NCBI RefSeq assembly: GCF_016127575.1
Contig: NZ_CP066018.1
Span: forward strand, 1,650,001-1,682,000
DNA from: Cupriavidus necator
GTDB lineage: Bacteria; Pseudomonadota; Gammaproteobacteria; Burkholderiales; Burkholderiaceae
Length of the DNA stretch: 32,000 nucleotides
Direction of reading: 5' to 3'
Shown here in pieces: positions 29,297 to 32,000 of the stretch; the stretch's first letter is position 1; every line of letters begins with the position of its first letter. A model generated the notes under the pieces. The model made no database searches. It was given only the letters and a program-made list of their open reading frames with translations, and was not told the origin of the DNA. Made by a program: the position numbers and the translations under genes.

Positions 29297-30388
29297 CGCC
29301 GCCAGCGTGACGTACTGCGAGCCGCGCTGCCCGTGCGTGAAGTCGAGCGGGAAATCGCCCACGTCCACGCGCCCCTGCAGTGCCCGCCGCATCTCGGCCG
29401 CGCCGCTGCCGCGCAGGCCGGCCAGCGCGCGCGCCAGCCATGCCGCGCCGATATAGCCGGCCAGCGTGGCCGGCGACGGCGGCTCATCCAGGTATTGCTT
29501 CATGCGCGCCACGTGTTCCTTCACCACCCGCAGCGTGGCCTGTTGCGGCCCGGGCGCGACCTGGGTCAGCACCATGCCGCCGTTGTAGCCAGCGCCCAGG
29601 ATTTCGCGCGCGGCGGTGGCGCTGACCGACGACAGCCCGACCAGGAAACCGTACCAGCCCTGCACCGCCAGCGCGCGGCCCAGTCCGGCGTAGGCGAGGG
29701 TATCGCCCGCCACGATCACCGCGCCCGGGCGGGTGGCGGCGATGCGCCGGGCGGCGGCCTCGGGATTGGCGTCGAGCGGCACCGCGCGCGTCCCGGTCTG
29801 CGCCTCCAGCCGGGCCAGCGACGGGGCGGCGAAGTCCGGCGCCAGGGCCAGCGCGATGCTGGTCATGCCGTAGCTGCGCAGCTGGCGTACCGCCGCGTCC
29901 AGTTCGGCCTGGTAGTCGGCACGGGTGAACCAGACGTTGTCGGCCGTCAGCGCAAGGCCCGACAGCGGCGCCACGATCTGCACGCCGCGCCGGCCCAGCT
30001 CGGCCGATGCCGCCAGCGCCGGCAACAGCCGGTCGCCCGGGCCGAACAGCAGCTCGGCGCGGTCGGTATCGGCCAGCGACACCGCCTGCGCCAGCGCGCG
30101 GCGCGGGTCGGGATCGGCGTCGCGGACCACGTGCGCGATGCGCACCGGGCCGTTGCCGGCGTTGACGGCGTCGAACATGACCTTGGCCCCGGCCAGGTAG
30201 TCGCGCGCAAGGTCGGCTTGTGCGCCGCCGCGGTCGAGCAGGTGGCCGACCACGACCGTGCGGCGCGCCTGCGACAGTGCTGGCCAGGCGGGCAGGGCCA
30301 GGGCCGCGCCGGCGGCGGCAAGCAGGCGGCGCCGGTGCCGGGCCGGTGCTGCCAGGTGCCTGCGCAGCGGTGGGTACGGCGGAAACAT
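29282..30388 (-). CDS. Type I periplasmic binding-fold protein with twin-arginine-like signal, solitary
   Basis: MFPPYPPLRRHLAAPARHRRRLLAAAGAALALPAWPALSQA is followed by a PBP1-like body (VVVGHLLDRGG...VQIVAPLSG...GAVIVAGDT...). The antisense ORF 29333..30472 is Arg/Gly-rich junk. The start is uncertain (ATG 30388 or 30412) and there is no clear Shine-Dalgarno. Confidence 0.7.
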   Translation of the reverse strand: MFPPYPPLRRHLAAPARHRRRLLAAAGAALALPAWPALSQARRTVVVGHLLDRGGAQADLARDYLAGAKVMFDAVNAGNGPVRIAHVVRDADPDPRRALAQAVSLADTDRAELLFGPGDRLLPALAASAELGRRGVQIVAPLSGLALTADNVWFTRADYQAELDAAVRQLRSYGMTSIALALAPDFAAPSLARLEAQTGTRAVPLDANPEAAARRIAATRPGAVIVAGDTLAYAGLGRALAVQGWYGFLVGLSSVSATAAREILGAGYNGGMVLTQVAPGPQQATLRVVKEHVARMKQYLDEPPSPATLAGYIGAAWLARALAGLRGSGAAEMRRALQGRVDVGDFPLDFTHGQRGSQYVTLAASAAR

Positions 30389-30514
30389 CGGAGTCTGGTC
30401 GGGAGTTGGCATTGCAGGGGGGCAGGTGACGCGCGGGCCGGCGGTGGCGCGCAGCGTATCCGCCACACATGACATCAATGTGACGCCTGCCGCCCGCAGG
30501 TCCAATGCCCGCGC

Positions 30515-30528
30515 TTGACGGCGGTCAA
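30515..30528 (+). promoter_or_regulatory. FNR/Anr-type box upstream of hemN
   Basis: TTGAC-GGCG-GTCAA is a perfect palindrome of the TTGAT-N4-ATCAA class. TACGAT (30551-30556) is a -10 candidate, which puts the box centre about 41-42 nt upstream of a start near 30563 (class II geometry). Confidence 0.65.
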
Positions 30529-30588
30529 CGCGCCAGCGGCGGTGCGGCCCTACGATGGGCCGTCATACACCCATACCCCCGCGCCCCC

Positions 30589-32000
30589 ATGATCCCGTCT
30601 GCCATAACTTCCCCTGCGCCCGACCGCCGCGCGCTGTCCGACTTCCGTGCGCTGGCCGGCCGCATCGACGGCAACGGCCCGCGCTATACCTCGTACCCGA
30701 CGGCCGACCGCTTCCACAACGGCCCCGACCTGTCGCTGTACCACGACGCACTGGCCGCCTGCCGCGCCGACGCGCCGGCGCCGCTGTCGCTGTACCTGCA
30801 TATCCCGTTCTGCGAGAACATCTGCTACTACTGCGGCTGCAACAAGATCATCACGCGCGACCATGGCCGCAGCGCCCGCTACGTCAACTACCTGGGCCGC
30901 GAAATGGCGCTGGTGGCAGACCGGCTCGGGCCGCGCCGCCAGGTGCTGCAGTCGCACTGGGGCGGGGGCACGCCGACCTTCCTCGACCCCGGCGAGATGC
31001 GCCGCGTGATGGCGCTGCTGCATGAGCATTTCGAGCTGGCGGCCGAGGGCGAGCATTCGATCGAGATCGATCCGCGCCGCGTCGACCACGCCCGCATGGC
31101 GCTGCTGGCCGAACTGGGCTTCAACCGCGTCAGCCTGGGCGTGCAGGATTTCGATCCCGAGGTCCAGCAGGCCATCCATCGCATCCAGCCCTTCGAAGAG
31201 ACCCGCGCCGTGGTGGATGCCGCACGCACGCTGGGTTTCCGCTCGGTCAGCCTGGACCTGATCTACGGCCTGCCGCACCAGACCGCGGCGCGCTTTGGCC
31301 GCACCATCGATCAGGTGCTGGCGCTGCGCCCCGACCGGCTCTCGGTCTATAGCTACGCGCACCTGCCGCATGTGTTCAAGCCGCAACGCCGCATCGATGA
31401 AAACGCCTTGCCGCCCGCCGGCGAGAAGCTCGACATCCTGGTCTCCACCATCGAGCGGCTGAGCGCCGAGGGCTACGTCTACATAGGTATGGACCATTTC
31501 GCGCTGCCCGACGACGACCTCGCCGTGGCCCAGCGCGAAGGGCGGCTGCAGCGCAACTTCCAGGGTTACTCAACGCATGCCGGCTACGACCAGGTCGGGC
31601 TCGGCATTTCCGCGATCGGCGCGATCGCGGGGCGCTACGTGCAGAATGCGCGCACGCTGGACGAGTACTACGGCGCGCTCGACCACGGCCGCCTGCCGCT
31701 GGCGCGCGGCGTGGCGATGAGCGCCGACGACCACCTGCGGCGCGAGATCATCGGCGCCCTGATGTGCAATGGAGTGCTCGATATCCCGGCGCTGGAAGCG
31801 CGCCACGGCATCCGCTTCGGCACGGCCTTTGCGCCGGAACTGGCCGACCTCGCCGCGCTGGGCGCGGACGGACTGGTGCAATGCGCCCCGGACCGCATCA
31901 CCGTGACGCCGCTGGGCCGGCTGCTGGTGCGGCGCGTGGCGATGGTGTTCGACCGCTACCTGCGTGAAGACGCCGCGCGGCCAGCGTCCACGGGTGCCCA
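30589..32000 (+). CDS. hemN: Oxygen-independent coproporphyrinogen III oxidase (radical SAM), 3' end outside window
   Basis: Absent from the ORF track because there is no stop in the window. Frame 1 from ATG 30589 is open to 32000. Translation: [42 protein letters not shown]...[25 protein letters not shown]...HWGGGTPTF...[12 protein letters not shown]...[11 protein letters not shown]...[12 protein letters not shown]...[28 protein letters not shown], colinear with E. coli HemN. Confidence 0.94.

Overview
High-GC betaproteobacterial core-chromosome segment. Gene content and order look Burkholderiaceae, Cupriavidus/Ralstonia-like (inference only). Plus-strand block: atpD (3' end), atpC, CoA-binding protein, fold-3 esterase, hemE, priA, putA, a solitary LivK-type binding protein, a monocistronic TPR protein, and a CPA2-type antiporter whose stop overlaps the start of ybdK. 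Minus-strand block: a Cys-containing glycine-zipper protein, a hydrolase/OsmC/persulfide-dioxygenase trio, sdaA, gcvP-gcvH-gcvT behind a tandem glycine riboswitch, and osmB. Then come rep, a roughly 55-codon histidine-kinase remnant, a binding protein with a twin-arginine signal, and hemN. hemN runs off the 3' edge and is missing from the supplied ORF track; I found it by reading frame 1 from 30589. I saw no rRNA, tRNA, CRISPR, transposase, integrase or phage genes. The many 200-1300 aa ORFs antisense to real genes are GC-driven artefacts. I did not find a convincing novel multi-gene system; this is mostly ordinary core genome. The best leads are (1) a 49% GC non-coding island with consensus DnaA boxes between hemE and priA, (2) a 693-bp non-coding spacer after atpC with an orphan minus-strand terminator, a candidate sRNA, (3) the translationally coupled antiporter-YbdK pair, and (4) the persulfide dioxygenase-OsmC-hydrolase operon. 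All coordinates for non-ORF features were anchored by translating neighbouring ORF-track entries.
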